The notes beneath the pieces were generated by a model, which saw nothing but the letters and a program-made list of their open reading frames with translations, was not told where the DNA came from and made no database searches. Of a stretch of 64,000 nt of DNA, positions 61,501 through 64,000 are shown piece by piece. How positions within the stretch are numbered: the stretch's first letter is position 1; each line of letters begins with the position of its first letter. Made by a program: the position numbers and the translations under genes. Source of the DNA: an uncultured Clostridia bacterium. GTDB lineage: Bacteria; Bacillota; Clostridia; Christensenellales; CAG-138. The stretch covers positions 111,379-175,378 of the forward strand of contig CALVWJ010000002.1 of NCBI GenBank assembly GCA_944366945.1, in the 5' to 3' direction.

Positions 61501-63328
61501 CGCCGTGCCGGATGACCTCGCGCGCCTTGCCTCCCTGTTTCCCAAGCGGGAGCTTTACCTCGTTGCAGGGAGCGATGTGATCCGCAATGCTTCGGCGTAC
61601 CGGGCTGGCATCCACGGAGGCGCCGCTTATTACAACCATATCGTGTTCGTGCGGGACGAAAGCGCAGAAAGCGTCGCTGCCCACCCACTTTCGGACGTAA
61701 TCCGCGGAAAGCTGATCCAGCTTTCCCTTCCCGCCTATTATGAAAGCGTAAGCTCCTCCCGTATCCGGGAATATATCGATAAGAACCTTGATATTTCCAT
61801 GCTGCTCGATCCTGTTGTGCAGGAATTCATCTATGCAAAGGGACTATACCTGCGTTCCCCGCAGCTCAAGCATATCCTTACCCTGCGCGAGCTCTCCTTT
61901 GAAAGCTGGCGTCCAGGAGATCCTTCCACAGGTTCTGCAGAGCTTGACGCACGCCTTTGCGCCATGCAGCGCCCCCGCGCCGCCCTGCTGCGGCGCCGCG
62001 GAGAAGCTTGCCCGCTCGGCTACGCGCTTGGGCGCACGCTCTATGTTTCCGAACTCTATGCAGCACTGCAAAACCGCGCCGCCGCAGAAGCCGTCCGCAT
62101 GGAAGCATCTGGGCGCATGCTTTTAATTGAAGCGGTCGCTCTGGAAGGCGACCCATTGCCCGAAGGGCTCCTGCTGCTTGCTACAGAATTGCTTGCGCGC
62201 GCGCTTTCCGAGGATTATACCTGCGCGCTCTATATTTGCAGGGAAAACGACCCGCTGCGCCCAACGCTGGAGCAAATGGGTTTCTGCCCTGTTCCGGGCC
62301 ACATGGATGTTCTCATCGTGGACATGCGCGCGCCTCTCGTGCTGATCCAGGATGCGCTTGAGCGCATCAAGCCGCCGCTACATGATGATGAAGCCGTTCG
62401 CAAAGTAATATCCGAAGCCCGCCCGGCATTGCGCCGCGCAATCGCGGCCATGTTCCCAGGCACGCTTCTGCTCTGCTTCCATACGGAGCTGCTCAACGAG
62501 GCGCTTGTGCATAGGGTGCGCTGCGCGGCGGGCGTGGAGCATCTTGCGCCCGGGGAAGGACTTGGTGCAGATATGTGCGTGCCCTATGGCAAAATCCTCT
62601 CCGGCGAGGTTGTTCCCAATGTAGTGACAAAAACGTTGCACGCGGATAAAGTGTTCGATAGCGGGATCACGCGCTTTACCATCACGGAATATCCTGGCTA
62701 TTCCTCGCTTTCCAACCAGATACGCACGCTCAAATCCTTTCGCCGCCCGGTACTTCTGGTGGATGACCTTCTGCACAACGGTTATCGGCTCGAGATGCTC
62801 GACCCAATCTTCCGGCAGGAAAACGTGGAGATTCGCCGTATTATCGTGGGCATCCTTTCCGGCCGTGGAAAAGACTTGATGGATTTGCAGCAGCGCGATG
62901 TAGACTGCGAATATTTCATCCCCAACCTGCGGTACTGGTTCACGGAAAGCCTGCAATACCCATTCCTTGGGGGCGACAGCGTGCAGACGGACCGCCGTCC
63001 TGGAGCGCTTTTGCCTTCGATCAATCTCATTTTCCCCTACACCTGCCCGCGCTTCCTACACGGCGTTTCGGAAAACGCGCTGCGCCTCTTCTCCCGCGTT
63101 TCGTTGGAGAATGCACAGGCGATCCTCAGCGTTCTTGAGCAGCGGCATCAAGCGCTTCTGAATACTTCCCTTACGCTCAAGCGCCTTGCAGAAGCGCTTT
63201 ATCGTCCGCGCCTGCCCGACAAGGGGAACCATCTCCAATACGATCCCGGCGCTTTTGCCTCTGCCTGCCTCGCGGATGACATCGCTCTTTTTCACCGCTT
63301 AGGCCGCTCGCAGGAGCGGGAGCCTTAA
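58586..63328 (+). CDS. 1580-aa multidomain protein: HD + HEAT-like + cytidylyltransferase/NadD-like + GNAT-like + PRTase-like
   Basis: SHTIGV, SHDIGK, ANHS, YAD; FFPGTFDPFSSGH, LVAGSD, VSSSRIR; VLLVDDLLHNG. Confidence 0.85.
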   Translation: MNDLQGYYKPLFDTLYGRYAAHAGLSRRTLREALGAASFPSALYHRDPNARAGAEEVLALCKPVMDAFAPAPVGGWLPYIYAFLADKLFPDADFTPPVQPAKQAIEFFLTVFSWLLAREQAHCPFDPLTDILQLSQQEQAESAIAPEYATFCGAVRESCFPALMRIGRDIMPFDPASHTIGVHNVAVHMARLAAKAGLPVDLALVSAASLSHDIGKFGCRGKDARRVPYLHYYYTWDWLTRGGMPAIAHIAANHSTWDLEFENLQLESLLLIYADFRVRGMRDKTGKERVAIYSLAEAYDVIFGKLADMTEEKSRRYRTVYAKLRDFERFLESCGISSDISEEALLIPPRVDPALLTPKENAASITNLTFRNNVLLMQMLGGSASFAELLEQARSEKNLHRIRTYLQLFEEYSTYMTREHKLHLLAFLYELLMHREGDVRRNAGRILGQVLANSGPRYRKELPEGAPSTAMAPAMMALLQESTGLWEHYVELCLHPDHKISLKHAQRISNSLKTVAESLFRCVDPSEARHYLLPIYRLALSAEGNDRFVLVDTLSHIPFSLFEESELVSLLSVLQGALAASEARLQIGALRCLLKYSAFPALRTQAAEALSALPDAPEAAVAYLCGHVRAVLCSGAPEPPALDISELYLSNLKNAVHWTVKLVQIDALSAHAAASRADAFHIAMHLSNLLCVSEHLPVREHAGKCLVHIAKYLSVDQCNEIVIDLLRELETGQSEVARFISPCVGRLICRLPQKEFDECIDMLETLLRSANEQASCAAIRTFSVILYTVAIDAGNAFDPKDAERILGLLLTGVAHYDETIHSTALGVLCRDFFYNHYVPLAARRACFPGVVKKLRTLLAEPRQGRLVFYNQAAMLNHLYRFMTECEITFGPFEYPALRPVAFFPGTFDPFSSGHKRIVREIRARGFEVYLAVDEFSWSKRTLPRLLRRQIVSMSVADYADVFLFPDDIPVNIAVPDDLARLASLFPKRELYLVAGSDVIRNASAYRAGIHGGAAYYNHIVFVRDESAESVAAHPLSDVIRGKLIQLSLPAYYESVSSSRIREYIDKNLDISMLLDPVVQEFIYAKGLYLRSPQLKHILTLRELSFESWRPGDPSTGSAELDARLCAMQRPRAALLRRRGEACPLGYALGRTLYVSELYAALQNRAAAEAVRMEASGRMLLIEAVALEGDPLPEGLLLLATELLARALSEDYTCALYICRENDPLRPTLEQMGFCPVPGHMDVLIVDMRAPLVLIQDALERIKPPLHDDEAVRKVISEARPALRRAIAAMFPGTLLLCFHTELLNEALVHRVRCAAGVEHLAPGEGLGADMCVPYGKILSGEVVPNVVTKTLHADKVFDSGITRFTITEYPGYSSLSNQIRTLKSFRRPVLLVDDLLHNGYRLEMLDPIFRQENVEIRRIIVGILSGRGKDLMDLQQRDVDCEYFIPNLRYWFTESLQYPFLGGDSVQTDRRPGALLPSINLIFPYTCPRFLHGVSENALRLFSRVSLENAQAILSVLEQRHQALLNTSLTLKRLAEALYRPRLPDKGNHLQYDPGAFASACLADDIALFHRLGRSQEREP

Positions 63329-63347
63329 CGCAGAAAGGAGGAATCCC

Positions 63348-64000
63348 ATGCACGAATATTACGCCTATGAAGGGGCATGCTTGTACCCGTTTGGCGCGGG
63401 TTGCCGCCTTCCGAAAGAGGCCGTTCCCGTAGAGCATCCCTTTTCGCCCCTTGTGATCCTGTTTGCGCGCGGTGGGCGCGTGGGCAGAGGGATTTTCGCG
63501 ATTCAATCTGAAGCTGAGCTATTCGAGCCAGAAGTCCCCTCGGTGCTGCTTCAGCCGGTTTCCATGTCCCAGGCATTGCCATGCCTTCCAGAACCAGTGC
63601 GGGCTATCCTTCAGCAGGAGGGCGCATGTGCGCTTAACACGGCATTTTCTCGCTGCTATGCTGTGCTGAAGCGTTTCTTGAACCCGCCCAAACGCCCGCG
63701 CATCGTTCTTGTTGGCCTTGGGGATGTAGGCGGAACAGTGCTCATTGGCTTGAAGCTTCTTGGCACGGAGCTCGATTCCATCGGCATATTCGATCCAAAC
63801 GAGGCGCAGTGCGCACGCTATGAAATGGAGCTCAACCAGGTGCTCCCTCCTGCTGATATTCCGCTTCCACCGGTGTATCGATGCAACGAATCTGCCCTGT
63901 TTGATTGCGATGCGCTTCTTTTTACCGCTTCACGCGGCGTACCACCGCTGACGGAAAAAACCGGCGATGTGCGCATGGTGCAGTTTGAAGCAAACCGCGC
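63348..64000 (+). CDS. Lactate/malate dehydrogenase-like protein with N-terminal extension (partial)
   Basis: AAGGAGG RBS; manual translation MHEYYAY...RIVLVGLGDVGG...GIFD...DCDALLFTASRGVPP...DVRMVQFEAN; runs off the window. Confidence 0.8.
   Translation, partial: MHEYYAYEGACLYPFGAGCRLPKEAVPVEHPFSPLVILFARGGRVGRGIFAIQSEAELFEPEVPSVLLQPVSMSQALPCLPEPVRAILQQEGACALNTAFSRCYAVLKRFLNPPKRPRIVLVGLGDVGGTVLIGLKLLGTELDSIGIFDPNEAQCARYEMELNQVLPPADIPLPPVYRCNESALFDCDALLFTASRGVPPLTEKTGDVRMVQFEANR

Overview
Chromosomal segment of a GC-rich Clostridia-type Firmicute (taxon inferred from gene content and order). Left to right: the 5' part of a secreted WapA/RHS-like (DNRLRE + YD) polymorphic toxin gene in a lower-GC patch downstream of a tRNA-Val/6S RNA/tRNA-Gln unit; the conserved priA-def-fmt-rsmB-rlmN-stp-pknB-rsgA-rpe operon; a beta-CASP nuclease, a SEC-C protein and icd; a glmU/alpha-beta hydrolase/membrane MurF/ddl cluster; mscL, a VanZ-like protein, tRNA-Arg and radA; a ComEC-like lipoprotein, DUF554, the NifU-like/GGGtGRT pair, UvrD, YhhN/WYL/CHAP, MATE, Smr and trkAH; a six-tRNA cluster followed by an XRE/ECF sigma/anti-sigma/secreted-protein module; an SDR with a duplicated 3' end; metF plus split metH; purAB. 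The best candidate for an uncharacterised system is at the right end: a 1580-aa protein joining HD hydrolase, HEAT-like, NadD-like nucleotidyltransferase, GNAT-like and PRTase-like regions, followed by an LDH/MDH-like gene. Second is the ECF module, where the sensor domain and the mature secreted protein share one AT-rich, apparently swappable cassette. All calls come from reading motifs by eye; no searches were run.
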